From positions 124,001-188,000 of the IMG/VR virus record IMGVR_UViG_3300019458_000021: a DNA stretch of 64,000 nt. One strand, 5' to 3'. The position numbers were made by a program, and so were the translations under genes. Each line of letters opens with the position of its first letter. Position 1 is the first letter of the stretch. This document shows, one piece after another, positions 1-9,631 of this stretch. Under the pieces are notes generated by a model that saw nothing but the letters and a program-made list of their open reading frames with translations, made no database searches and was not told the DNA's origin.

Positions 1-2
1 AC

Positions 3-488
3 GGCAATCGCTATGATTATAGCAAAGTCGAGTACAAGCGCAGCACTGAAAAAGTCAAGATCTTTTGTCCCTTACATGGTGCGTTTTTACAAGCTCCGGA
101 GAATCACGTTAACCAGAAGCAGCATTGTCCGAAGTGTGCCAATCTTCGTAAAGGAAAGCATGAACGATATAGTTTTCAATGGATGCAACAACGTCCGGAA
201 CGTGCTTATGCACCTGCCTTGTTGTATGTTGTCGACGCTGGCGCTTACATTGAACTGGGAATAAAAACGACAAGCGTAATGCCTATGAAACACAAGCTGT
301 TACACTTGCTTTACCTGTCTCTCAAAGATGCGTATCTGCTCCAGGACAAAATTGAAAAAGCACTTGAGAGTCATCGCCACGAGACGTATGATATTTACGC
401 TGAAAAATCAAAGCGTTGGAACAACAAAAAACATGTACTCGAAACTCTGCAGGAAATTTTACCGAAACCCGAGTACCCTTATAAATAA
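3..488 (+). CDS. 5'-partial homing-endonuclease-like protein with Zn-ribbon (CapR/DUF723-like) repeat
   Basis: Frame open from nt 3: GNRYDYSKVEYKRSTEKVKIFCPLHGAFLQAPENHVNQKQHCPKC, a YDYSKVEY..CPxHGxFxQ..CPKC module typical of phage HEG-associated repeats, followed by LLYVVDAGAYIELGI. Confidence 0.6.
   Translation, partial: GNRYDYSKVEYKRSTEKVKIFCPLHGAFLQAPENHVNQKQHCPKCANLRKGKHERYSFQWMQQRPERAYAPALLYVVDAGAYIELGIKTTSVMPMKHKLLHLLYLSLKDAYLLQDKIEKALESHRHETYDIYAEKSKRWNNKKHVLETLQEILPKPEYPYK
481..487 (+). promoter_or_regulatory. T4-type late promoter (ATAAATA)
   Basis: ATAAATA 36 nt upstream of the 523 ATG; AAGGAG SD follows. The same motif precedes most structural genes. Confidence 0.7.
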
Positions 489-522
489 GTCTGCAGTTCA
501 TTTTATCTAAGGAGAAGAACTA

Positions 523-2310
523 ATGTTGAACGTACCAGCACCTTTCGTACCTCTTGATGTAAGTTGGAACCGTATTGCTGAAAATACGCTTCTACTTCGT
601 GCATCAGCGGGTTACGCACATATCAAATTTGGTCCTAACTTCCCTGGTGGTAGCAGCACCCCGACAGGACTCGCGAACGACGCAACAGTATACACAGCAA
701 CAGTTCGTATCGATGGTACAAACCGTGCAGTGTCTATCGTTGGTTCCGCAGCACAAACATTCACGACACTGATGACAGAACTCAACACAGACCTCAGCAC
801 ATGGTCGACTGTTGTTCTCGATGGTGATACAATCAAAATCACGAGCTTGACGACAGGTGCAACAAGTGCAGTGTTTGTTTCCGACTCTGGTGCAAACTTC
901 TTGTTTGCAAGTCTCCGAGGCACCGGTTCGCAGAAGTTTGGCGTTACCGACTACGACTCCACACGCGGCTGGTTCAATATTGCAGCTTCTACAAACCGTG
1001 TTGGTACAAGTGTTCGTGGTAACTCACAGTACCTTCGTTGGGACAAGATGCGTGACTTCACAAACATGCAGGAAGATATTTCTGACCTTATCGACGCGTT
1101 CTTGGCAGCGGCAGCAGCAAACACGAACGTTAAGTGGCAGAATGCAGCTGCAGGTATTGTGGTTCCGACAGGCCTTCCAAATGCTGATACAAGCACAGGT
1201 TTGCTCCGCACAACGATTTACCAGTTGCGCGTCAACTTGAACGGTGCAGGTAACGTAACAGTGTTCATTGACTTGAACATTCCACAAACAACCGGCGTTT
1301 CATTCAACAACCTTGTTGCCGCATTGAACACAGGTCTGAAGACAGCTGGTCTTGCAGTTGAAGCAGTATGGCGTCCTGGTTACAGCGCTACTGTTCCACC
1401 AGCAATTGTGTTCACAGCATTCCCTGTTAACACAGCATTCACAGCAACATCAACAGGTGCGGTCCTTCAAGGAACCACATCCTCGATCGTTCTAACGGAT
1501 GGTGCAACAAACGGTATCGTTGCCGCACTTGCAGCATTTGGTGGTGCAATTGACGCAGCAGCTGAAGGTTTTGGCTGGGTTGATTTCCATCGCGTAAATG
1601 CAGCAGCAGTTTTGCCAGCAACAGTTCCTGGTGTTGCAGCTGGTAGTTATGACTTTACAGTCACAACAGAAGACGGTGCCTTCGATGTAACGGTTGTACT
1701 TGCAGGCGGTGAAACAATGACAGCAATTGCTGCATTGATGCAAACTGCTCTTCAAACAGCAACAGGTGAAGCTGAACTGGTTACTGCAGTTGGTAGCAAG
1801 TTCCTGTTCGTTAACGACGATGCAGGTTTCAATTCCGGCATCTCTGTGACAATTCCAACAGCTGGTTTAAACTCAGACCTGTTCCAGGCAATTGCAACAG
1901 CGCTCGACACAACTGTTGGTAGCATCACAACCCTGCACACGTTCTCTGGTGATGGTTGGGCAACACCTGGTGTTGACGGAACAACCAACTTGGCATTCCC
2001 AAAAACCTACAACGGTGTTGTGTACAACAACTGGTTGGAATTTTTGGCACGCTCGCCAATTGGCGGTCGTTTGTCAATGCAGTTTGCATTCGGTCCAACA
2101 GGATATGGTCCTCTGTTCACAAGTGATGGTGGTTCCGCATTCGAGAAGGAACTTCGTCCAGCATCTCGTGGCCAGTGTATCTACGGTCAGTTGTACTGGG
2201 ATGGTGCAGCATACCGCTACTTCGTGGCAGGCGATTCTAGCCGTGTAGCAGCAGATGACATCAGCGCAGGTACAAACAACCCACCGCAAGCTGACGACAA
2301 CGGTCTGTAA
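523..2310 (+). CDS. virion structural protein with repeated Ala/Thr/Gly-rich beta modules
   Basis: 595 aa ORF, strong SD, late promoter, sits before the neck gene; internal repeats ending xxLxxxLNTxL. Confidence 0.7.
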   Translation: MLNVPAPFVPLDVSWNRIAENTLLLRASAGYAHIKFGPNFPGGSSTPTGLANDATVYTATVRIDGTNRAVSIVGSAAQTFTTLMTELNTDLSTWSTVVLDGDTIKITSLTTGATSAVFVSDSGANFLFASLRGTGSQKFGVTDYDSTRGWFNIAASTNRVGTSVRGNSQYLRWDKMRDFTNMQEDISDLIDAFLAAAAANTNVKWQNAAAGIVVPTGLPNADTSTGLLRTTIYQLRVNLNGAGNVTVFIDLNIPQTTGVSFNNLVAALNTGLKTAGLAVEAVWRPGYSATVPPAIVFTAFPVNTAFTATSTGAVLQGTTSSIVLTDGATNGIVAALAAFGGAIDAAAEGFGWVDFHRVNAAAVLPATVPGVAAGSYDFTVTTEDGAFDVTVVLAGGETMTAIAALMQTALQTATGEAELVTAVGSKFLFVNDDAGFNSGISVTIPTAGLNSDLFQAIATALDTTVGSITTLHTFSGDGWATPGVDGTTNLAFPKTYNGVVYNNWLEFLARSPIGGRLSMQFAFGPTGYGPLFTSDGGSAFEKELRPASRGQCIYGQLYWDGAAYRYFVAGDSSRVAADDISAGTNNPPQADDNGL

Positions 2311-2329
2311 TCGTCGGATTCACAAGGGC

Positions 2330-2336
2330 ATAAATA
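2330..2336 (+). promoter_or_regulatory. late promoter ATAAATA
   Basis: CATAAATAG upstream of the neck gene. Confidence 0.65.
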
Positions 2337-2337
2337 G

Positions 2338-2368
2338 GGGTTGGAAGATTACTCTTCCAACCCTTTTT
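2338..2368 (+). terminator. hairpin plus T-run (intrinsic terminator-like)
   Basis: GGGTTGGAAGA-TTAC-TCTTCCAACCC, 11 bp perfect stem, then TTTTT. Confidence 0.7.
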
Positions 2369-2381
2369 GTTTGGAGCATTT

Positions 2382-3989
2382 ATGACCGAAGGTTGCGTAC
2401 CGATCCTTCCACAAGCATTAGATGAGAACGGCAACCCCGTTGACACAACGCTTTGCCCAGCTCCTTCCGATTGGTCTACGTGTCGTCCTTGGGAATTAAC
2501 GACGCAAAGTCGTACACAATGCTACATTGACAGTTTGACTCAAGAAGCTCTAAACATTGCTGGTGCAGATGTCAATGTGTACAAGCTTCTCGGTGTTCAT
2601 GAACAGACAAAACTAGTCGATTTGACGGGTGACGGGAATCCAATTTCCGGTGGCGACTATGCTTTGTTTCCTGCTTCAAATGCTTTCACGGTTTACTCAT
2701 CTGAGTGGCGTTCTGCACAAATTGGGCAAGCAGTTCTTTCCTCTGCATACATTGGTTATGATTTTGGCATCATCAAGATTTCAACAGGGCGCGCTCGTTA
2801 TGGCATCGACACAAGCATTCGCCAACACATTACCACAATTCGAATCAAGCAAGGCAACAATGCAGCGAACCGGATTGTAAAAGCACGTGTTGAACGATCA
2901 GACACAGGCACGGAGTGGTACGGTGTGGCTGTGATCAATCTGCCGAACAACGACGAGCTTAATACAATCCATTTCAAGCACTCTGTTCCAAGTCGCTTTT
3001 GGCGTCTCCGTCCGCTTGCCTTTGCAGGGGATACTTGCGACTGGTGGACGGTCAAAGCGCTAGAAATGTTTGACTACATGGCAACAGCACAAAACAACAT
3101 TCAGGACAAAGTGTTGATGGAGAACCGTGATCGAGACTACGCAAAATCGTTTGTTAAGCTCAAAGGCTATTACGATCTTGTATCAGTTGCAACAGAGTTG
3201 TCAAAGTTTGGTATCGAGATTCCAACGTCAACCTATCAGATCAAAGTGAACTTCAACTCGACCGTTGCGAAGTTGGGACGACCGATTGTTATTGGTGATA
3301 TCATCGAACTCCCGAGTGAAACACAGTACACTCCTGACTTGCGTCCTGTCAAGCGTTGGTTGGAAGTGACAGATGTATCGTGGGATCCCGGTTCATATAC
3401 ACCAGGTTGGCAACCAACACTGTTGCTCGTAACAACACAGCCAGCAATGGCAACACAAGAGACACAAGACATTTTTGGCGACCTTGCTAAGCAAGTTGAC
3501 AGTTCGGGCCTGTTCAACAACGACGACGGCAACAATCCTGTCTGGCAAGACTACAGCACAGTTGATCAAACGATCCACAACGAAGCGCTAACCGCAGTTG
3601 CGGAACGAGGCCGTGAAGGATCGAATGTAGTTCGCCAGTTCGAACAAGCAGAACTCGACACGGCAACTTCAGAAGGATTTCCGCACCTCAACAAGATTGG
3701 CTTGAATCCAACAGGATTGTACGTCGAAGACGCAATCCCTGCAAATAATGCACCTTATACACAAGGTCCAGACTTTCCTCTTACTCCTGTAAATGGTGAT
3801 TATCACCGACTGGTGTATGAAGGATTAGCAATGGATGTTCCCGCTCGTTTGTACCGTTGGTCGACTGCAAAGGGACGGTGGATTTATGAAGAAACAGACC
3901 GTCGAGCTGAATTCAATGATGAAAAGGCAAGACTGGACGAATACTTAACATCGCCAGCTGCCACCTCAGCAAGGAAGATTGGACAATGA
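2382..3989 (+). CDS. neck/head-closure protein (gp14-like) with inserted discoidin/F5-8-like domain
   Basis: QEALNIAGADVNVYKLLG and IVIGDIIELP..WLEVTDV motifs; position before gp15-like gene; ATG 2382 follows GGAG (track start 2367 is TTG). Confidence 0.65.
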   Translation: MTEGCVPILPQALDENGNPVDTTLCPAPSDWSTCRPWELTTQSRTQCYIDSLTQEALNIAGADVNVYKLLGVHEQTKLVDLTGDGNPISGGDYALFPASNAFTVYSSEWRSAQIGQAVLSSAYIGYDFGIIKISTGRARYGIDTSIRQHITTIRIKQGNNAANRIVKARVERSDTGTEWYGVAVINLPNNDELNTIHFKHSVPSRFWRLRPLAFAGDTCDWWTVKALEMFDYMATAQNNIQDKVLMENRDRDYAKSFVKLKGYYDLVSVATELSKFGIEIPTSTYQIKVNFNSTVAKLGRPIVIGDIIELPSETQYTPDLRPVKRWLEVTDVSWDPGSYTPGWQPTLLLVTTQPAMATQETQDIFGDLAKQVDSSGLFNNDDGNNPVWQDYSTVDQTIHNEALTAVAERGREGSNVVRQFEQAELDTATSEGFPHLNKIGLNPTGLYVEDAIPANNAPYTQGPDFPLTPVNGDYHRLVYEGLAMDVPARLYRWSTAKGRWIYEETDRRAEFNDEKARLDEYLTSPAATSARKIGQ

Positions 3990-4840
3990 CAAACTACTAT
4001 CAGACAACAGAATCATCTGGACGTCCTGACAAAGCGTACTATTATGATCATCAGTTCCGCAGCTATGTACTGCAATTTATGGCTATCTTTTCAGGTCTGC
4101 AAGTTCGTGTCGGAAAGCGTGCCACAGGGGAAGCTGTTCCAGTAACAGATTGTGAAGGCCAGGTGACAGAGGAACCAATCATCGCGGAAGATCGATTGAT
4201 TAGTGTGCCGATTCACTATGGACACGCTGATCGAGTTGTCGCTGCAATTCTTGCTGAAAACACTCAGAACAAAGTCCTTCGCTTGCCAGTGCTTTCGGCT
4301 TACGTTTCTGGACTGGATTTTCTTACGAACTACCAAGCTGGTATTGGCACAGAGCGCCGACAAGCATACTTACCGACCCAGGGATTGATTCCTGATGATA
4401 TTAAAGTTGTCTACCAACGTCGCGCATTCCCGTTTGAGTTGACGTTCGATCTCAACATTTACGCAAGCAACACAGACCAGCATTTTCAGATCCTTGAACA
4501 GATCTTGATGGTGTTTGACCCAATGCTGCAAATTCAGACGAGTGACGGATTATTTGACATGGGACAAATCACACACGTAGCGCTCACGAGCATGTCTCTC
4601 GACACGAATTATCCAATTGGTACAGATCGTCGAATCATCCAAAGTACCCTAACGTTTAAGATGCCAGTTTACCTGCAATCTCCGGCAGATGTCCGTAAGA
4701 ACTTCATCCAGAAAATTTATGCACGAGTTGGAGCGGTGAGTTCGACGGCTGGTAACAGCTTTGATATCATTGCAGAACTTGACGCGCAGGGCATAAATTA
4801 CGAGCTTTTGATGAGCATTGACGACTTGACCGTCACGTAA
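3986..4840 (+). CDS. tail terminator / sheath stabiliser (T4 gp15-like)
   Basis: YYYDHQFRSYVLQFMAIFSGLQV, VPIHYG, QILEQILMVFDP; directly upstream of the sheath gene. Confidence 0.75.
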   Translation: MTNYYQTTESSGRPDKAYYYDHQFRSYVLQFMAIFSGLQVRVGKRATGEAVPVTDCEGQVTEEPIIAEDRLISVPIHYGHADRVVAAILAENTQNKVLRLPVLSAYVSGLDFLTNYQAGIGTERRQAYLPTQGLIPDDIKVVYQRRAFPFELTFDLNIYASNTDQHFQILEQILMVFDPMLQIQTSDGLFDMGQITHVALTSMSLDTNYPIGTDRRIIQSTLTFKMPVYLQSPADVRKNFIQKIYARVGAVSSTAGNSFDIIAELDAQGINYELLMSIDDLTVT

Positions 4841-4869
4841 GTTTTTCCACCGTGTCAGGGCACTATTTC

Positions 4870-4876
4870 ATAAATA
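4870..4876 (+). promoter_or_regulatory. late promoter ATAAATA
   Basis: Upstream of the sheath gene; AAGGAG SD at about 4899-4904. Confidence 0.7.
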
Positions 4877-4910
4877 TCCTCAACAAGCACAGCAGTTTAA
4901 GGAGATTTCT

Positions 4911-7058
4911 ATGGCAACACTCGTTAGCCCAGGCGTAAGCGTAACCATTACGGATGAGAGCTTTTTCATCCCGGCTGCGGCTTTGACAGTTCCACTGCTT
5001 TTCATCGCTACTGCAGATGAAAAGAAACAGCCAGACGGCGTAACGGATGCTCCAGGCACCTTTGAAAGCAACGTTATTCGTACTGTCACATCGCTTCAGC
5101 AGAGCACACAACTCTATGGTATTCCGCGCTTTTTGGAAGATGAACAAGGATTGCCACTCAATGGCGATGCCCGTAACGAATACGGTCTTTTCGCTCTGAA
5201 TCAGTTTCTCGGCATTGGTGACCTCGCATACGTTATTCGTGCAAACGTCAACTTAAACGACAACCTCGATGATCTCCGCACTCTGTGGGATCAGAAAATG
5301 CAAGAAGCAAGTTTTGTTCTCGAGAACATCACTGCACAATTCATTTCTGAATACAACACAGTAAACGGTTACACACCGTCGTCAGGTGCAACATCAGGAT
5401 ATCAAGAAGCAGTTTTCGCTGCAGCAACGATCCTTCCAGCAACTGCTACAGGTCTTGTTGCTTTGACGACATACAGCTTCCAAGCAGTCGTTGATGGTGT
5501 AACATTTAACGGTTCGTTCCTTGGATCTGCTGCGTCAACGTTTGGTACATTGCTGACACAGATCAACACAATTCTTGGTGGTGTAGCTATCGCGTCGTTC
5601 TTCAATGGCGTAACACCTGCTCCAGTTGGCCCAGCAAACAGGATTCGCATTACAAGTGCAACTACTGGTCTGACATCAACAGTTGTGATTGACACAGCGT
5701 TTGTGGGCTTCGGTCCTAACGTATTCCCAGCATTGGTTGGTCCACCAGCATTCGTTACTTTGGGTCCGCAGGTGCGTGGTGACACACTGTTCAAGTACAC
5801 GGTAACTTCTGCAGAACTGCTTTCGTTGACAGAACAAGCAACAGCGTTCATCTGGGAAATGTTCTCGTTCAGCCGCGGTGTTCCGCCGCTGCATGACGAC
5901 TTCATGGATAACCACACATCGAGCCCACTTCCAGTGTTTCCGAACGGCTACGATCAGCCGCCTGTTCCGCCTGGTTATCTTGGTTTCCAAGGTATTGAAG
6001 CCGCTTGGGTTGCAGGTAATTTGGGATCGACGCCTGGTCGTGAAGACGAATGGACACCAACAGAAGCATCGAACACATTACTTGGTGCGGCAGATGATTT
6101 CAAATTCACGACTGAATTCTTGAACAAGACCGCGCTTGGCGCTAACGATGCAGCCCGTCGCGTTGCAATTGTGACCGCTCTGCAAGCATCGATCAACAGC
6201 AACACAGACATTCGTGGTGAAACATTCGAGTACAACCTGATCCTCTGCCCAGGTTACTGGGAAACCGTTGATGAGTTGAACAACCTCGTCATCGACATTC
6301 AAGAAGAGGCTATGGTTATTGCTGACACACCATTCAGTATGGATCCAGATCAAGTCGTAGCATGGGCTGCGACAACCGGTCGCACGCAAACACGTGATGT
6401 AGCATACTATTACCCACATGGCCTTGCATCGAACCTTGACGGCAAGAACGTATTCATTGCTGCTTCTGGTACAGCTCTTCGCACGATTGTGTTCAGCGAT
6501 GAAACAGCTGAGATCTGGTTTGCTCCAGCAGGTACTCGTCGTGGTCAGGTTTCCGGTGTAACAGATGTTGGTTACGTAACCGGCACACTTGGCACACCAA
6601 CAACATTCACACCAGTGGCTCTTAACCAGGGACAGCGTGATAACCTGTACAAGTACTTCACCAACGTCAACCCGATCGTGTTCTTCCCAGGCCGAGGCAT
6701 TCTAGTGTGGGGTCAGAAAACATCGGCACCAGATGCAAGCGCACTCGACCGTATCAATGTCATGCGTCTTGTCATGTATATCAAGCGTCAGCTTCGTAAG
6801 AACACAATGAGCTTCGTGTTCGAACCGAACGACCAACTGACCCGTGACAACTTAAAGGCAATGGTTGATGCATTCCTTGGTGATCTGATCGTCAAGCGTG
6901 GTCTGTTCGACTTCGCTACGGTTTGCGATGAAAGCAACAACACTCCAGATCGTATCGATAGAAACGAGATGTACATCGACGTAGCATTGAAGCCGGTGCG
7001 TGCAGCCGAATTCATCTACATCCCACTACGTATCGTTTCCACGGGAGCTCAGATCTAA
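4911..7058 (+). CDS. tail sheath protein (T4 gp18-like)
   Basis: MATLVSPGVSVT start; WFAPAGTRRG, NPIVFFPGRGILVWGQKT, DRINVMRL, FVFEPND, CDESNNTPDRID sheath C-terminal motifs. Confidence 0.95.
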   Translation: MATLVSPGVSVTITDESFFIPAAALTVPLLFIATADEKKQPDGVTDAPGTFESNVIRTVTSLQQSTQLYGIPRFLEDEQGLPLNGDARNEYGLFALNQFLGIGDLAYVIRANVNLNDNLDDLRTLWDQKMQEASFVLENITAQFISEYNTVNGYTPSSGATSGYQEAVFAAATILPATATGLVALTTYSFQAVVDGVTFNGSFLGSAASTFGTLLTQINTILGGVAIASFFNGVTPAPVGPANRIRITSATTGLTSTVVIDTAFVGFGPNVFPALVGPPAFVTLGPQVRGDTLFKYTVTSAELLSLTEQATAFIWEMFSFSRGVPPLHDDFMDNHTSSPLPVFPNGYDQPPVPPGYLGFQGIEAAWVAGNLGSTPGREDEWTPTEASNTLLGAADDFKFTTEFLNKTALGANDAARRVAIVTALQASINSNTDIRGETFEYNLILCPGYWETVDELNNLVIDIQEEAMVIADTPFSMDPDQVVAWAATTGRTQTRDVAYYYPHGLASNLDGKNVFIAASGTALRTIVFSDETAEIWFAPAGTRRGQVSGVTDVGYVTGTLGTPTTFTPVALNQGQRDNLYKYFTNVNPIVFFPGRGILVWGQKTSAPDASALDRINVMRLVMYIKRQLRKNTMSFVFEPNDQLTRDNLKAMVDAFLGDLIVKRGLFDFATVCDESNNTPDRIDRNEMYIDVALKPVRAAEFIYIPLRIVSTGAQI

Positions 7059-7064
7059 TAAATA
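7058..7064 (+). promoter_or_regulatory. late promoter ATAAATA
   Basis: Overlaps the sheath stop; AAGGAG SD before the tube gene. Confidence 0.65.
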
Positions 7065-7085
7065 GGCTAAACTAAGGAGAGCAGC

Positions 7086-7679
7086 GTGTCAACCATTAAC
7101 GATATCGGTATTCCTGGTGTAGGAAGTGGTATCCTACACCCAAAACACAAGAACCGTTGGCGTGTAACGTTCGCCAATATGGGCGGCGGAACAGACAGTC
7201 AACCAGTTTCGATGCAGGCTATTCGTTTCATGCGTCCGAAACTGAACTTCGCCGAAATCGAACTCCACCGTTACAACTCAATCGCGTACATTGCAGGTAA
7301 ACACTCGTGGGATCCAATCACATTTGTGCTACAAGATGACGTGACAGGTACTGCTTCCGCTGTTCTCAACACACAATTCCAAGCACAGCAGTGGTTGATT
7401 GGTGCAGAAGGTCAATGGTTGGCAACAGCAGGTGAGGGTTCGCTATACAAGTTCGTTACATATTGCGACATGCTCGACGGTAACGATCAGGTGATTGAAA
7501 AGTGGACGATTGAAGGTTGCTGGATTCAAGCCGGTAACTGGGGTGAACTCGACTACTCGACAGGCGATCCTATTGAACTTGAAATGACAATCCGCTTCGA
7601 CCACGCACGTCAAGTCCTTGGTGGTTACCAGCAAGGTCCAGGTGTTGCAACTGGTGGTGCAGGTCGTACAAACGGTTAA
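7086..7679 (+). CDS. tail tube protein (T4 gp19-like)
   Basis: Follows the sheath; GKHSWDPITFVLQDD, W.IEGCWI, LDYSTGDPIELEMTIRFD; GTG start. Confidence 0.9.
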   Translation: MSTINDIGIPGVGSGILHPKHKNRWRVTFANMGGGTDSQPVSMQAIRFMRPKLNFAEIELHRYNSIAYIAGKHSWDPITFVLQDDVTGTASAVLNTQFQAQQWLIGAEGQWLATAGEGSLYKFVTYCDMLDGNDQVIEKWTIEGCWIQAGNWGELDYSTGDPIELEMTIRFDHARQVLGGYQQGPGVATGGAGRTNG

Positions 7680-7700
7680 TCCATAAGCTAGAACTGCTTA

Positions 7701-7731
7701 GAAAGAGCGGATTTTTCCGCTCTTTCCTTTT
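7701..7731 (+). terminator. intrinsic terminator after tail tube gene
   Basis: GAAAGAGCGGA-TTTT-TCCGCTCTTTC, 11 bp stem, then CTTTT; late promoter ATAAATA follows at 7733-7739. Confidence 0.8.
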
Positions 7732-7757
7732 GATAAATACGATCAATAGGAGCAGAA

Positions 7758-9155
7758 ATGGCAAACGACCCACGATTTAACACGCAGTTAGTCAAGCCCT
7801 GTCCACCTTCGTATTTGGGGCGATCTGGTGCTGAGATTGCAAATGCAACCTCCGATGCACGTAAGTTCACAAACGCGGTTGGAAAGGTGGGCGATCTTGA
7901 AGTCCTGAACAATCCTCGAATCTTCGGTTCAAGTGGCTCGCGTGTTGGTCAGGGTCTTCGTACACTAGCGAGTGTTTCAAACTCTGTTCGAACTGGCTGT
8001 GGTGCGCTACCAACTGTTATCGGATCGGCTATTGAATCAACGATTGATAAAGGCGCGAACTGGGTGTTAGAAAACGTTGGTTTTAGCAAGACCCTTGTTG
8101 ACCAAGCTCAGTACTTCAGTCCAGATATTGCGAACCAAGCGTATGGACAAGCGCAGCAAATCTATGAGCAAGTTCGACAAGGAAGCTTTCGTCTTCAAGA
8201 CATTCCAAACGTACTACAAGATTTTCAGAACCTCGAACGACTAGCACGTAACATTTACAATCCGCCTTCGAGCGTTCAATCAAGGTTCCGTGAGTTTTGT
8301 GAAGCATCACCGTACGCGGTCGATCTCGTGTTACGTAAAATGAAGTACAAGTTCTTGTTCCTTGTCCAATTCATTTTCAATGACGGCTATACAGCTCTTG
8401 GCAATGCAAACTTTGCTTTCGTTGTTAAGAACTCTACACTGCCAAAGATGACAATTGAACAAGAAGATGTCAACTACTATAACTTTCGTTCGAAAGTGAT
8501 AACACGAACTCAGTTCGACGAAATGAAGATGGCTTTCCACGACGATGGGTTCAACAATGCGACACGATTTTGGGCTGCCTACCAACGAGCAACGGCACCT
8601 GTTTCTAACTTCGAAAGTTGGGCAGAGCTGTCCCTTGCGGAGGAACAAGGTCTTGACTTCGATCGTGTCAACACACAAGTGAACGAACAGCTGGGTGATG
8701 TTGTTGTTCCTGTAACGGTTTCATCGGCTTCGTTGGGCGCTCTTCAAGGAACGGCAAGAACGATTATCCAAGAGATTCGATTGTATCACCTGTTTGACTG
8801 GGGACGTTTCATGAACGTCTACAAGTTCTTCAATCCTCGTATCACTTTGCTGGAAATGGACAACGTTGATATGGCTGTGAGCGAAATTAACGAAATGAAT
8901 ATCACGTTCAACTTTGACAGTGTGTTCGTCGATACTGACGTGCCAATCGCTGACGAGTTCTATAACATCAAGAGTCAGCAACCGAGCGCGTTCTACCCGA
9001 TCAAGAACGTTACTTCTGGCGCAGAGAGTGGACCGAGCAATATTGGCTTTACATCTGGTCCTATTCCACAAAATCCAGCAGACTGCAACGCAGGCGGCAT
9101 GCAGAATACTACAATTCCGCCAGCTGTTTTGCCGCCGGGTGTCATTCCGGGGTAA
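7758..9155 (+). CDS. baseplate tail-tube initiator/cap-like protein (gp48/gp54-like)
   Basis: Tube-like fold motifs (LPKMTIEQEDVNYYNFRSKVITRTQFDEMKMAFHDD; FFNPRIT..MDNVDM..NITFNFD); position after gp19. Confidence 0.65.
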   Translation: MANDPRFNTQLVKPCPPSYLGRSGAEIANATSDARKFTNAVGKVGDLEVLNNPRIFGSSGSRVGQGLRTLASVSNSVRTGCGALPTVIGSAIESTIDKGANWVLENVGFSKTLVDQAQYFSPDIANQAYGQAQQIYEQVRQGSFRLQDIPNVLQDFQNLERLARNIYNPPSSVQSRFREFCEASPYAVDLVLRKMKYKFLFLVQFIFNDGYTALGNANFAFVVKNSTLPKMTIEQEDVNYYNFRSKVITRTQFDEMKMAFHDDGFNNATRFWAAYQRATAPVSNFESWAELSLAEEQGLDFDRVNTQVNEQLGDVVVPVTVSSASLGALQGTARTIIQEIRLYHLFDWGRFMNVYKFFNPRITLLEMDNVDMAVSEINEMNITFNFDSVFVDTDVPIADEFYNIKSQQPSAFYPIKNVTSGAESGPSNIGFTSGPIPQNPADCNAGGMQNTTIPPAVLPPGVIPG

Positions 9156-9158
9156 TAT

Positions 9159-9620
9159 ATGTCTCGGTTTCAACAGGGATTTTATACACCAAAGCATCTT
9201 GACAAGTATGTTGTCAATCCGTTTCAGCCGACGAAGAAGCCGGGCGGTTCACCACGAATTCGCTACTTATCTTCGTGGGAATTGCAACTACATGAGTTCT
9301 TTGATAACAATCCGAACGTGATTCGTTGGTCTTCAGAAGGTGTGGCAATCCCCTATGTTCAGCCTACTGACGGGAAAATCCACCGCTACTACCCGGACTA
9401 CTGGGTTGAATTCCGCAACACCAGGGGACAAATCGTTCAAGAAATCATCGAAGTAAAGCCCAAAACACAAACTAGAGCACCACGTGCGAATTCGAAAAGG
9501 AAACTGTTAGAAGCTGTACAATATGCTGTAAATATTGCTAAATGGCGAGCTTGTCAACAATGGTGTAAACAGCGGAATATAGCCTTTCGTGTTGTTACCG
9601 AAACAAGCATCTTCAAATAA
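9159..9620 (+). CDS. head completion nuclease (T4 gp4-like, TnsA-like)
   Basis: QGFYTPKHLDKY, YLSSWE, WSSE..IPY, RYYPDYW, EVKP, KW.A..WC motifs. Confidence 0.9.
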   Translation: MSRFQQGFYTPKHLDKYVVNPFQPTKKPGGSPRIRYLSSWELQLHEFFDNNPNVIRWSSEGVAIPYVQPTDGKIHRYYPDYWVEFRNTRGQIVQEIIEVKPKTQTRAPRANSKRKLLEAVQYAVNIAKWRACQQWCKQRNIAFRVVTETSIFK

Positions 9621-9631
9621 AAGGGGCAATA

